Shown here one piece after another: positions 46,493 to 56,195 of a stretch of 64,000 nt of DNA. Source of the DNA: an uncultured Methanomassiliicoccales archaeon (GTDB lineage: Archaea; Thermoplasmatota; Thermoplasmata; Methanomassiliicoccales; UBA472); assembly GCA_963695345.1 (NCBI GenBank), contig OY968769.1:1568001-1632000 (forward strand). Direction: 5' to 3'. Position numbers and translations under genes: made by a program. Numbering within the stretch: position 1 is the first letter of the stretch; each line of letters opens with the position of its first letter. The notes under the pieces are model-generated. The model was not told the origin of the DNA, did not search any database, and was given only the letters and a program-made list of their open reading frames with translations.

Positions 46493-47740
46493 ATGAAAAT
46501 CGAAGTACCTTATGGCAAGGATGGCCATCAGCCGTTATCGATCCCGGACGGCAACTACCTGGGGACGCTGAGGCCTAATGAGCTTCCTCATTCGGACGAG
46601 CAAGGGGAGCTGCAGAGGGCGCTCCGGAGCCCAATATCCTCCGAAAGGATCGAGGACTTCCTCAGGGGCGGCAAGGATATCGTCTTCATCGTCAACGACG
46701 GCACGCGGCCAACTCCTACCGCCGCGGTGCTCCGCGCACTCTCAGGGAAGATCGACCTGAAGAGGGTCCGATTCCTGATCGCCACAGGCATCCATAGGGC
46801 ACCGACCGAGGACGAATACCGGATGATTTTCGGGGAGCTCTACGACCATGTCAAGGAGCAGGTGCATTCCCACGATTCCCGTAATGACCCGATGGTGCTC
46901 CTCGGCAGTTCCAAGAACGGGACCGAGATGGCGGTCAATGAGATGGCCGTCAACGCAGACCGGCTGGTCATCATCACCAGCGTGGAACCGCACTATTTCG
47001 CCGGCTATACCGGAGGACGCAAATCGTTCCTGCCCGGTGTCGCCTCTTACAGAACTATCGAACAGAACCACCGGCTGGCCATGAGGGCCGATGCCCAGGC
47101 GATCGCCCTGGCCGGCAATCCGGTCCATGAGGACATGATGGACGCGCTGCAGGTGGTCAAGGGGAAGAAGATATTCTCCATACAAGCGGTCCTGGACCGG
47201 CATCAGCACATATACCGGGTGGCGGCCGGGGACCTGCAGCGGTCCTTCGAGCAGGCGGTCAGATGGGCCAACGAGGTCTTTTCCGTTGAGATCGGCCAGA
47301 AGGCGGATGTGGTGGTCAGCGTCGCCCAATATCCGATGGACATAGACCTGTACCAGTCCCAGAAGGCGCTGGACAACGGGAAATGGGCGCTCAAGGAGGG
47401 CGGAACCCTCATCCTGGTCTCCAAGTGCCGTACCGGGGTGGGCGACGAAGTGTTCTGCGATCAGCTCTCTCTTTCCCGCGACCCCAACCAGATACTTGAC
47501 AACCTGGCCAAGGGATACAAGCTGGGTTATCATAAGGCGGCCAAGGTGGCCGAGATAATGACCTGGGCCAAGATATCCGCGGTCACCGACCTGGACCCGG
47601 CATTGATCGCAAGGATAAACATGACCCCGTTCAAGGACGTCCAGACAGCGGTGGACCATGCGATCGAGAAAGGCCCGGACACCAAGGTCATGGTAATCAT
47701 GGACGGCAGCGTCCTGGTCCCGAGGCTGGTGCTGAAATGA
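46493..47740 (+). CDS. larA: LarA family nickel-pincer-dependent lactate/2-hydroxyacid racemase
   Basis: NDGTRPTP, IATGIHR, HSHD, EPHYFAGYTGGRKSFLPG, NH, NPVHEDM and DLYQSQK. Confidence 0.9.
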   Translation: MKIEVPYGKDGHQPLSIPDGNYLGTLRPNELPHSDEQGELQRALRSPISSERIEDFLRGGKDIVFIVNDGTRPTPTAAVLRALSGKIDLKRVRFLIATGIHRAPTEDEYRMIFGELYDHVKEQVHSHDSRNDPMVLLGSSKNGTEMAVNEMAVNADRLVIITSVEPHYFAGYTGGRKSFLPGVASYRTIEQNHRLAMRADAQAIALAGNPVHEDMMDALQVVKGKKIFSIQAVLDRHQHIYRVAAGDLQRSFEQAVRWANEVFSVEIGQKADVVVSVAQYPMDIDLYQSQKALDNGKWALKEGGTLILVSKCRTGVGDEVFCDQLSLSRDPNQILDNLAKGYKLGYHKAAKVAEIMTWAKISAVTDLDPALIARINMTPFKDVQTAVDHAIEKGPDTKVMVIMDGSVLVPRLVLK

Positions 47741-48846
47741 GCGATTACATCGAGGCCGAGAATCTGAAGGAGGTCAAGAAGACCATGATGACCTGCACCT
47801 ACTGCGGGTTCTGCAAATCAGTGTGTCCGGTCTTCGAAGGGATAGGATGGGACCCGAGCGTGGCCCGTGGCCGCATGATCCTTTCGTATGGTCTGCTCCA
47901 GAAAGACATTGAGGCGGACGAATCGGTGATCGAGAACCTGTATCAGTGCACCACCTGCAAGGACTGTGAAAGGCGTTGCCCCTCCAACATCGAAGTGGTC
48001 GATGTCGTGGAGCGGGCCAGGAAGGACCTGGTAGCGGCCGGGAAGATGCTGCCCAAACACCGGGCCCTGGTGGACAACGTGCTCAAGCACGGCAACCCGT
48101 ATGGCGAGAGGGATGGGGTGCCAAAGACCCTGGGAAGGGAGCCGAAAAATGCAGAGCTCGGTTACTTCGTCGGATGCACCGCGGCCTACCGGAACAAGAG
48201 CACATCATCGGCGACCCTGTCCATCCTGGACAAGATCGGTGAGGATTTCACGGTGATCGACGAGGTGTGCTGCGGAAGCGTGCTCCAGCGCGTCGGAGTG
48301 GACGACGATACGGTCGAGACGATCATGGAAAGGAACGTGCAGGCCATGTCCGACCAGGGATTGGACGAGCTGGTCCTTTCCTGCGCCGGCTGCTACCGTA
48401 TGTTCAAGGAAGAGTATCCGAAGCATGTCAAGGTGCCCTTCAAGGTGAAACACATCTCTGAGCATCTGGCCGAGCGCGATCTCAAATTGCGGCCCTCGAC
48501 GGGAGTAATAACCTATCACGACCCATGCCATCTGGGACGCCACTGCGGCGTTTATGAAGCGCCCAGGGAAGTGCTGAGGAAGATCCCCGGGACGGAGCTG
48601 AGGGAGATGCCCAGGAACCGTTCCACCGCGCGTTGCTGCGGTGGCGGCGGGGGCGTTCGTTCAGGCTATCCCGACCTTGCATCCAAGATCGCCGCCAAAC
48701 GCGTAGATGAAGCGCAGTTCGCCGACCTGTTGGTCACATCATGCCCATTTTGTGTCAACAATCTCAACGTGGGCAAGCAAGCGAGCGGGTCGAAGGTGGA
48801 GATCATCGACCTGGTGGAGCTCGTCGACTCATTGATGGAGGATTGA
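47737..48846 (+). CDS. HdrD/GlcF-like Fe-S oxidoreductase (2x[4Fe-4S] plus two CCG domains)
   Basis: CTYCGFCKSVCP, CTTCKDCERRCP, VGC..CCG..CAGC and HDPCHLGR..CCGGGGG..CPFC. Confidence 0.9.
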   Translation: MSDYIEAENLKEVKKTMMTCTYCGFCKSVCPVFEGIGWDPSVARGRMILSYGLLQKDIEADESVIENLYQCTTCKDCERRCPSNIEVVDVVERARKDLVAAGKMLPKHRALVDNVLKHGNPYGERDGVPKTLGREPKNAELGYFVGCTAAYRNKSTSSATLSILDKIGEDFTVIDEVCCGSVLQRVGVDDDTVETIMERNVQAMSDQGLDELVLSCAGCYRMFKEEYPKHVKVPFKVKHISEHLAERDLKLRPSTGVITYHDPCHLGRHCGVYEAPREVLRKIPGTELREMPRNRSTARCCGGGGGVRSGYPDLASKIAAKRVDEAQFADLLVTSCPFCVNNLNVGKQASGSKVEIIDLVELVDSLMED

Positions 48847-48848
48847 AC

Positions 48849-50021
48849 ATGGCCAGAGTTCGGACCTATGCGACCTATGACGAGGCGGTCTCGGAGTGGA
48901 GGAGGAACGGGATACCGGAGGAATACATCGACCGGAAGAGGCTCTTTGGCCGCACCATCGTGTTCCAGGACGACCTCGGCACCGAAGACGCCGAAAAGCT
49001 GGTCAAGATGGCCCGAGCCGCCGGGGAGGACGCGTTCATCTGCCGGAAGGCCAAGGTCCCCCGGGTAATGGTGAGCTGCAAGCCCTCGTTCTTCGACCAG
49101 GTATCGGTGGCCGAAGGGGAGCTCGGCTCATTGGGCAGACCATTGGCGGAGGCGTTCCGCAACTTTCATTCCGATTATGTCCAGCCGCTCAGGCTGCGGA
49201 AGAGGGAACTGCGATTCGACCGCACCCTGGTGATGGGGATACTGAACGTCACCCCGGATTCGTTCTCCGACGGCGGACTGCACCGCTCCGCCGAGGAGTC
49301 GATCGATCATGGATTGGCGATGGTGGACCAAGGTGCCGACATCATAGACATCGGAGGGGAATCCACCCGGCCGGGGGCGTCGCCCACCAGCATCGAGCAG
49401 GAACTAGGACGGGTCCTGCCGGTGATCAAGGGTCTGGCCTCTTCGGTTAGGACGCCTATCTCCATCGATACCAGGCATGCCGAGGTAGCCCGCCAGGCGA
49501 TGGAGCACGGAGCGGATATTGTCAATGATGTCTCGGGCCTACGGGAAGCAGGCATGATCTCGGTCATCAAGGAAACCGGGGCGGCGGCGATAGTCATGCA
49601 CATGCGGGGCGAGCCGGGCGACATGCAAACAAACACGGTCTACGATGATATCGTCGGGGATGTAGGGAAATTCCTGACCTCCAGGTTGGATGAGGCGGCA
49701 AGTGCGGGGATAGACCCTTCCCGCCTGGCAATAGACCCCGGCATCGGTTTCGGGAAGGACGTCAAAGGAAACCTTGACCTGATCCGCAGGCTTCGTGAGT
49801 TCCGCAGCTACGGCCGTCCCATAATGGTCGGGGCGTCCCGAAAAGGATTCATCGGCAAGGTGCTGGGCGGGAATCCCGATGAACGCCTGACCGGTTCCTT
49901 GGTGTCCGCCACCGCCGCGATCATGAACGGGGCCAACATTGTCCGGGCCCACGACGTCCTGGAGACCGTGAAAATGGCTCGCATGGTCGATGCTATCCGG
50001 TTGCCGAACTACAAGGGGTAG
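48849..50021 (+). CDS. folP: Dihydropteroate synthase with N-terminal extension
   Basis: MGILNVTPDSFSDGG, DIGGESTRPG, SIDT, NDVSG, DPGIGFGK, SRKGFIG and RAHDV. Confidence 0.95.
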   Translation: MARVRTYATYDEAVSEWRRNGIPEEYIDRKRLFGRTIVFQDDLGTEDAEKLVKMARAAGEDAFICRKAKVPRVMVSCKPSFFDQVSVAEGELGSLGRPLAEAFRNFHSDYVQPLRLRKRELRFDRTLVMGILNVTPDSFSDGGLHRSAEESIDHGLAMVDQGADIIDIGGESTRPGASPTSIEQELGRVLPVIKGLASSVRTPISIDTRHAEVARQAMEHGADIVNDVSGLREAGMISVIKETGAAAIVMHMRGEPGDMQTNTVYDDIVGDVGKFLTSRLDEAASAGIDPSRLAIDPGIGFGKDVKGNLDLIRRLREFRSYGRPIMVGASRKGFIGKVLGGNPDERLTGSLVSATAAIMNGANIVRAHDVLETVKMARMVDAIRLPNYKG

Positions 50022-50022
50022 T

Positions 50023-50226
50023 TCATCCGCCCAGTAGTAAGACCATAAGGGAGATCAAGATAACGGCGGCGATCGCCCCGACATAGAAGAGGTTCATCCG
50101 CCGGGTCTCCTTCTTGACCTTGGCACGGTACTCGTCCTTGCACTCGTCCGAACAGAACTCTTCACCCACTGGTATGGGGTCATCGCACATGATACAGTGG
50201 GTGTGGTCTGGCAAAATGTCGGTCAT
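50023..50226 (-). CDS. DUF2116 family Zn-ribbon membrane protein
   Basis: HTHCIMCDDPIP..FCSDEC followed by a C-terminal TM helix. Confidence 0.88.
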   Translation of the reverse strand: MTDILPDHTHCIMCDDPIPVGEEFCSDECKDEYRAKVKKETRRMNLFYVGAIAAVILISLMVLLLGG

Positions 50227-50253
50227 GTTCGAAGTCCAATAATTCCCACCATC

Positions 50254-50844
50254 TTAATACTTGCTGGGGATCAGCACCGACGCCACGGATGAAGCGACGA
50301 TGACCTTGATGGAGTCAATGACCACGAATGGGACGAATCCCAGCATGAAAGCGGTCAGCAGGTCCGTTTGCAGGATCAGGCCGAGCTGGAGCGATCCCAA
50401 ACTTAGAATGAGCGCATCAGCCGCCATCAATGCCAGCAATATCTGGCCATGGCTCATGCCCTTCCGCCGCTCCACAATCTCGCCAAGCAGGAACGATGCC
50501 GCGACGAAACCTAGCAGGTATCCTCCGGTGATGCCGGCCAGGGCCGCAAACCCTACCATGCCGGTGAACCAACCGAATGTCCCCGCCATCCCGATGAACA
50601 TGAGCTGGCTGATCACTCCGTATCGACCGATCACGACCGCCGCCAATAATACTACCAGCACCTGTCCCGTGAAGGGTACTGGAGTGAAAGGGAGGAAGAA
50701 GCGGATTTGGGCCGCCAGGGCGGTTAGGACCGCCAAGAGGAAGGCAGCGCCCAACTTTTCCATCACCGTCGCTTCATTGCGCCATCGGCATAGAGACCCT
50801 CCGACGTGATCCCGGAACTGACCATAGGCAATTGCGCTGTTCAT
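50254..50844 (-). CDS. bioY: Biotin transporter BioY
   Basis: AQI..PFTPVPFTGQ, TGGYLLGF and PFV..DSIK. Confidence 0.92.
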   Translation of the reverse strand: MNSAIAYGQFRDHVGGSLCRWRNEATVMEKLGAAFLLAVLTALAAQIRFFLPFTPVPFTGQVLVVLLAAVVIGRYGVISQLMFIGMAGTFGWFTGMVGFAALAGITGGYLLGFVAASFLLGEIVERRKGMSHGQILLALMAADALILSLGSLQLGLILQTDLLTAFMLGFVPFVVIDSIKVIVASSVASVLIPSKY

Positions 50845-51019
50845 CGAAACGATCGAATGGAGTGCCGCTTGATAAACGTTATCATGCGGCAACATCCAGT
50901 ACCTTCGGTTTTAGTCATATAGTACTGGATAATTCCTGCAAAGTTTTATAGCCGGCTAGCGATTGAACGGCATAGACGTTATTTTCCTTTAATGGGTCTG
51001 GACGTTTGGTGGCGGCAAG

Positions 51020-51517
51020 ATGAGAAGGGTTTTGGTACGTGGGGACATTTGCATAGGATGCAGGTCTTGTGAAATAGCCTGCATGCAACAGCATCTAGGT
51101 GATAATCATGGCGACCCGAGTTCCCGACCGCTAGCGGTTCCGAGGGTGAAGGTGGAGTGCGGCATCCTGGACCGGGCCTCCTGCCCCGTGGACGATTCCA
51201 TTAGAGGTGCCCGGGGCAACCTGCCTAAGACCATCGTCATCCTGTGCCAGCATTGCGATGAGCCAGAATGCGTCGGGGCTTGCGTCGCGGGTGCTCTGAC
51301 CAAGGATGCGGACGGTGCGGTAAGTTATCACCAGGAACTCTGTATTGGCTGTATGGTGTGCATAACAGCCTGCCCTTACCAGGCGATATTCCAGGACCAG
51401 GCCGGTAAGGCTGTGGTCAAGTGCGATCTGTGCGCAGGCAAGGAGATACCATCCTGCGTCGAGGCCTGTAAGGTTGAGGCGCTATACCTCGAATCGGGTT
51501 CCAATGAGGGCAAGTGA
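51020..51517 (+). CDS. 4Fe-4S dicluster electron-transfer protein (CooF/HydN/DmsB-like)
   Basis: CIGCRSCEIAC, CQHCDEPECVGAC, CIGCMVCITACP and KCDLC..PSCVEAC. Confidence 0.9.
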   Translation: MRRVLVRGDICIGCRSCEIACMQQHLGDNHGDPSSRPLAVPRVKVECGILDRASCPVDDSIRGARGNLPKTIVILCQHCDEPECVGACVAGALTKDADGAVSYHQELCIGCMVCITACPYQAIFQDQAGKAVVKCDLCAGKEIPSCVEACKVEALYLESGSNEGK

Positions 51518-51693
51518 ACGCATCTTCAAGAACGAGTGATTGGAATCGGCGTTGCTGGCACCGCGACGATAATGTATCGGCCAACTTGCCTGAAGGAGTT
51601 CGTTCGTAGTCATTTTCCATAAGGACGGAGTATTTATTTCAGTCCACGTCGCTATCACATCTTGAGGAATAACCGAGGAAACTGCACCTCCGG

Positions 51694-52203
51694 ATGGACC
51701 TTATCTATTCCAGAGATGGGCGCTACATCATCGGGAGGCTAGTCGCCCCGTGCGAAATATTCAATATCACCTGCACATACTTCCGGTGCATGTGGAAAGT
51801 TTTCGGGGTCGCCACCAATCTGGTGGCAGCAGGGGATGTCTGGCAGAACCAATTGGTCAAGCTTGCCGGAAGGAAGAAGGATAAGGAAAGGTTCCTGGAG
51901 CTTAACCACAAGGCGGAGGTCAGCCACATGTTCGACACCATACGGGAGGTGCACATATTCTATGCCAAGTTCCCGGAGGATATTCCCATGGATGACCTGA
52001 AGTTCTACGAGCATTTCATTCTGAGGATCACAAAGGCGGCCAAGGACCCGACCATCGAGTTCCAGGGAGTGCCTCAGAAGTTCATGGTCGTGATCAGCGC
52101 CGAGACCGAAATGAACGAGTACATGGTCCGACAGGAGACCCGGGAAGAGCGCGCCCAGGCCATGGAAGAGATGTTGAAGAAGGAAGAGCAGGCGTTCAAG
52201 TAG
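51694..52203 (+). CDS. Hypothetical protein (start uncertain)
   Basis: Host-like codon usage in the 3' two-thirds and an acidic helical C-terminus; no family recognised. Confidence 0.6.
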   Translation: MDLIYSRDGRYIIGRLVAPCEIFNITCTYFRCMWKVFGVATNLVAAGDVWQNQLVKLAGRKKDKERFLELNHKAEVSHMFDTIREVHIFYAKFPEDIPMDDLKFYEHFILRITKAAKDPTIEFQGVPQKFMVVISAETEMNEYMVRQETREERAQAMEEMLKKEEQAFK

Positions 52204-52231
52204 GTCGACGCCCGCTCAGTTTTCGTCTTTA

Positions 52232-53350
52232 TTAAGAGATCGCCTGTGCGGACTCGAGCATGAGCTCGAGCTTCTCCGCCTTCAGCTTCGGGTCCGAGCT
52301 CTGTTCCCCCACCCATTGTTTGAGCTTCTTGATCGCCCGGCCGCTGTCGATGATGTCCGCGGCCTTGGCCATGCCCTCCTGCAGATTGGCGGCGTGACCG
52401 GTGATGAGCAGGATCGGCGCGGTGTTGGCCAGCACGATGTCCCTCCGGGAACCCTTGTCCTGACCGGACAGAAGCTTGAGCAGTAGCAGTGCTTCCCTGG
52501 ACTTGTCCAGTCGGCAAAGCAGGTCGTCCTCGACGGCCGACTTGATGCCGAGGTCCTTGGGGTCCAGCGTATACTCCTCGATGGTACCGTCCTCTTTCAG
52601 GTCGGCGACGTAGGTCTTGCCCACTGTCGAGAGCTCGTCCATCCCCCGGGTGCCCTTTGAGTCCAGCCCATGCACGACATAGGCCCGGCGGTAGCCCAGC
52701 TCCTTCATCGTCTTGGCGATCGGAAGGACCATCTCCTTGGCGTAGACCCCCCGCACAGCGTACGTGGGCATTGCCGGGTTGGCGAGTGAACCAGCCATGT
52801 TCAGTATCGTCCCGAACCGGATCTGGGAAAGGATCCTGCCGAGCGCCTGCGGGTGGGTCTTCCCGCTCATGCCGTTGAACAGGCCGATGCCGGCGTTCTC
52901 GATGCTCCTCTTGACCACCGATGCATCGCATTCCACGTCCACGCCCAGGGCCTCCACGATATCGACGGTGCCGCACTTGGAGGTTATTGCCCGGGCTCCA
53001 TGCTTGGCCATATAGATACCGTCCGCCGCGGCCACGATGGAAGCGGCGGTCGAGATGTTGAAGGTCTTGATGGTATCCATGCCGGTCCCGCAGTTGTCCA
53101 CCAGCGGTCCGTTCACTTCCGGCCTGACCTTTACGGTATCGATTTCATAGATGGCCTCCCAACTCCCGGCGATCTCCTCCGGTGTCGCCCCCTTGGCGGT
53201 GATCGCCGCCAGGAAAGCCCCCTGCTGCAGGTCGGGCTGTTCGTTCAGGAGCACCTGGCGGAACATCTCCTTGGCCTCGCTCCGCGTAAGGTCCTTGTTT
53301 TTTATCAACAGGTCGACTTTCCCTCCGAAATACTTCAATTTCTCTTCCAT
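52232..53350 (-). CDS. TrpD-like (type III) phosphoribosyltransferase with divergent acceptor site
   Basis: DNCGTGMD..TFNISTA, KHGAR..SKCGT.D and GMDELS; no other trp genes nearby. Confidence 0.88.
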   Translation of the reverse strand: MEEKLKYFGGKVDLLIKNKDLTRSEAKEMFRQVLLNEQPDLQQGAFLAAITAKGATPEEIAGSWEAIYEIDTVKVRPEVNGPLVDNCGTGMDTIKTFNISTAASIVAAADGIYMAKHGARAITSKCGTVDIVEALGVDVECDASVVKRSIENAGIGLFNGMSGKTHPQALGRILSQIRFGTILNMAGSLANPAMPTYAVRGVYAKEMVLPIAKTMKELGYRRAYVVHGLDSKGTRGMDELSTVGKTYVADLKEDGTIEEYTLDPKDLGIKSAVEDDLLCRLDKSREALLLLKLLSGQDKGSRRDIVLANTAPILLITGHAANLQEGMAKAADIIDSGRAIKKLKQWVGEQSSDPKLKAEKLELMLESAQAIS

Positions 53351-53359
53351 TCCCTCACC

Positions 53360-54397
53360 TCATGAGATTATTATCACCGATTTCATGCCCACTCGCCTGG
53401 CCGTATGCTCGATGGCGCTGTGGGCCTCTTTCAAATCGCATCTGTGCGTCACGATCCAGCTTAGGTCGACCCTGCCAGAACGAATCAGTTCAACCGCTTC
53501 CCGATCCTGTGATGATGAGCACCCGTATGCCCCCACCATGGTCAATTCCTTGTAGTGCATGGACCGGACATTGATCGGAGTCTCGTACTCTCCTTTCCTT
53601 GGACCGGAGAATACGCACAGCCTTCCGTTGGATGCCAGAAGGCTCATGAGATAATCGTCCACCCGGACCTCGGGCGTTGCCGGCAGGATGACATCAACCC
53701 CCTTGCCGTCCGTTTCGTCCATGACCGCCTTGGTCAGGTCCTCCGCGGAATGGTCGACGACCCGGTCCACTCGCCCTCGCAACAGGGATATCCGGTTGGG
53801 CATCCTTTCAGAAACGATTACCTTCTCGGCCCCCCTTTGTTTTGCCAGGACCGCATTGATAGCCCCTACCGGTCCGCCGCCAAGGATCAGCACCCGGTCG
53901 CCCTCCGATACGCCAGCCAGCCTCTGCCCGTTGACACAGCAGGCCAACGGTTCTGACAAAGAGAGCAGGACCGGGTCGTCGGTTACACCCACCCGGTTCA
54001 AACCTCCGTGTTGGACATTTCCCGATGGAAGGGCCACATATTCGGCGTATCCCCCATCCACATTGAAGCCCAGGATTCCCTGTGATTCGCATTGATTGTC
54101 ATTGCCACGTCGGCAGGGACGGCAGTGACCGCACGATATCCCAGGCCACACCTGGACCCGATCGCCTACGGTCAGATCTCCTTCGGCCGATCTCAGCTCG
54201 ACGATCCGGCCAACGATCTCATGACCGAGGATCCTGGGGTATACCAGGTCCTTGTGGCCATGCTCGAGCATCTTAACATCGGTGCCGCAGACACAGCAGG
54301 TCTCCACCTTTACTAATGCCCCTCCAGATGGACAGGTCGGTTCTGGAACGTCCTCCAGTACCAATTCCCCTGGCGCTCTCATCACGGCTGCTCGCAT
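53360..54397 (-). CDS. Zinc-dependent (MDR) alcohol/polyol dehydrogenase
   Basis: CGTD, GHE, CGHCRPC..C structural Zn site, EPLAC and GGGPVG. Start moved to the ATG after a GGAG RBS. Confidence 0.9.
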   Translation of the reverse strand: MRAAVMRAPGELVLEDVPEPTCPSGGALVKVETCCVCGTDVKMLEHGHKDLVYPRILGHEIVGRIVELRSAEGDLTVGDRVQVWPGISCGHCRPCRRGNDNQCESQGILGFNVDGGYAEYVALPSGNVQHGGLNRVGVTDDPVLLSLSEPLACCVNGQRLAGVSEGDRVLILGGGPVGAINAVLAKQRGAEKVIVSERMPNRISLLRGRVDRVVDHSAEDLTKAVMDETDGKGVDVILPATPEVRVDDYLMSLLASNGRLCVFSGPRKGEYETPINVRSMHYKELTMVGAYGCSSSQDREAVELIRSGRVDLSWIVTHRCDLKEAHSAIEHTARRVGMKSVIIIS

Positions 54398-54434
54398 CGC
54401 TCTCCTTTGGGGGAGGACCATGTAATTATTTAAA

Positions 54435-54451
54435 TTGGATGTATCATCCAA
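54435..54451. promoter_or_regulatory. Inverted repeat TTGGATG-N3-CATCCAA next to the TATA box of the dehydrogenase-trpD-like operon
   Basis: Perfect 7-bp arms directly upstream (minus strand) of TTTAAATA. Confidence 0.5.
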
Positions 54452-54787
54452 CTCATTTAAGTCCTGTCGAACCAACCCGTGCCCTAAGGTCAGGTATCGG
54501 TGCTTACGTGGTTGGAACGAGCCCTATGGGCACCGCAGATTGTGAAATCATGGTGTTCCGAGCACAGTCAAGACCTCATGCATAACCATATGCGGCTGCC
54601 TTGTACCGGTCCAATACACAGGTCCACTGGCTCGGACGTATCGAGCACTCAATCAGCCCTTGGCTTCTCTGGATCTTCTTCATTGATCACCCATCAGATC
54701 GGCGATTTCTGACACGACTGTCAAGCACGAAAGCGGTCCCACCTGGAGAGCATAACCGATATCTCATGGTCCGCTCATTACCTCATC

Positions 54788-55246
54788 ATGAGGCAGACCG
54801 AGAGGGAGATCAAGGAGCGCGGGGCGATCGACGATCTGATGAACAGAGCGGTCGTTTGCCGGCTCGGAATGGTCGACGGAGATGAACCATACATCGTCCC
54901 GATGAACTTTGGATATGATGGGAAGAGCCTATTCTTCCATTGCGCCAAGGAGGGTAGGAAGATCGACATTCTGAAAAGAAATGGAAAAGTATGCTTCGAG
55001 ATGGACCTGGACACCGAGGTGATAAAGGGTGACATGGCCTGCAAGTGGAGCATGCGTTACCGTTGCGTGGAGGGAACAGGGCGGGCGGTGCTTGTGGAAG
55101 ATGTTGAAGGCAAGAGGCAGGGACTCAACATCATAATGTCCCACTATACCAAGGGGCCGTTCGAATATGCGGAAAGAGGGTTCGATCTGGCACTCGTCAT
55201 ACGGGTGGACATTGAAACCATCTCTGGAAAAAGGTCCCAATACTGA
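54788..55246 (+). CDS. Pyridoxamine 5'-phosphate oxidase-like FMN-binding protein (NimA type)
   Basis: MRQTEREI, CRLG, PYIVPMNFGY, FHCAKEGRK, VCFE and ISGKR. Confidence 0.9.
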   Translation: MRQTEREIKERGAIDDLMNRAVVCRLGMVDGDEPYIVPMNFGYDGKSLFFHCAKEGRKIDILKRNGKVCFEMDLDTEVIKGDMACKWSMRYRCVEGTGRAVLVEDVEGKRQGLNIIMSHYTKGPFEYAERGFDLALVIRVDIETISGKRSQY

Positions 55247-55957
55247 TTAAGGCACCAGTACCGCCTCTCCCCCCTCAATCTTCACCACATACTCGGTCAC
55301 GGGGATCTGCCGGCCGGATCGCTGAACGGCGGTCAGGACAAGCTTCTTCAGCTGTCGGCAGCACGGCACCTCCATGTGCACCAGGGTAAGATCCTTGATG
55401 GGGTTGGTGGACAGTATCTCGGTCAGCTTCTGAACGTATGCGTCATTGTCGTCCAGCTTCGGACATCCGATGAGGGCGACCCGGCCTTTCACAAACTGTT
55501 CCTGCATCGTACCGCAGGCGAACGCCGTACAGTCGGCGGCGATGAGGAGGCGGGCGTTCCAGAGGTAAGGCGCATTGCTGGGTACCAGGCGCAGTTGTAT
55601 GGGCCAGGTGGAAAGCTGAGAGATGGCGGAGGTGGTCCCGGCGGTCTCATCCTTCACTTTGAAGACGCGAGGTCCGGATGAGGGACATGCGCATGGGGTA
55701 AGGGTAAGGTCATTCTTCCGCTGCAGGTGCTGCTTCACCTGAGCTTCGCTGAACTCCGGTGCTTCACGCTCCTCTATGGTCAGTGCCCCGGTCGGGCATT
55801 CACCGATGCAGGCTCCCAAACCATCGCAGAATGTTTCGCTGACAACCTCTGCCTTACCGCCCCTTAGTTCTATCGCGCCCTCGGCGCACGCCGTGACGCA
55901 ATTTCCACAGCCAGTGCAAAGGGACCTATCGATCCTGATGATGTTCCTCTTTACCAT
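55247..55957 (-). CDS. 4Fe-4S cluster-binding protein with C-terminal Cys-rich domain
   Basis: CTGCGNCVTACAEGAI..CDGLGACIGECP, WPIQL, AADC, GCPKLD and MEVPCC. Confidence 0.9.
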   Translation of the reverse strand: MVKRNIIRIDRSLCTGCGNCVTACAEGAIELRGGKAEVVSETFCDGLGACIGECPTGALTIEEREAPEFSEAQVKQHLQRKNDLTLTPCACPSSGPRVFKVKDETAGTTSAISQLSTWPIQLRLVPSNAPYLWNARLLIAADCTAFACGTMQEQFVKGRVALIGCPKLDDNDAYVQKLTEILSTNPIKDLTLVHMEVPCCRQLKKLVLTAVQRSGRQIPVTEYVVKIEGGEAVLVP

Positions 55958-56195
55958 CGTGCTATTGACCAAGTGCCGGGTATTTATCCTTTCAGGCATG
56001 CTCATCCATGTTCTGGGACCCTTCCAGAGGACTTTGACTTGGACGGAACTTCTCGAAGTAAATCGTTGGGCCGCCCTCGACTACCTGATAATGGCATATC
56101 CGACGCAAAACACATTCAAACACATGCTTGGCCAAAAACAGTACCGGCCGTCTTTTTCCTTGCCAATATCGCGGGAGAGATGAGAGGTATGGGGG

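Noticed and set aside
54480-54600. Possible riboswitch upstream of the dehydrogenase (CGGTGC..GCACCG pairing)
   Set aside because: The pairing is only modest, it lies upstream of the likely TATA box, and I recognise no aptamer consensus.
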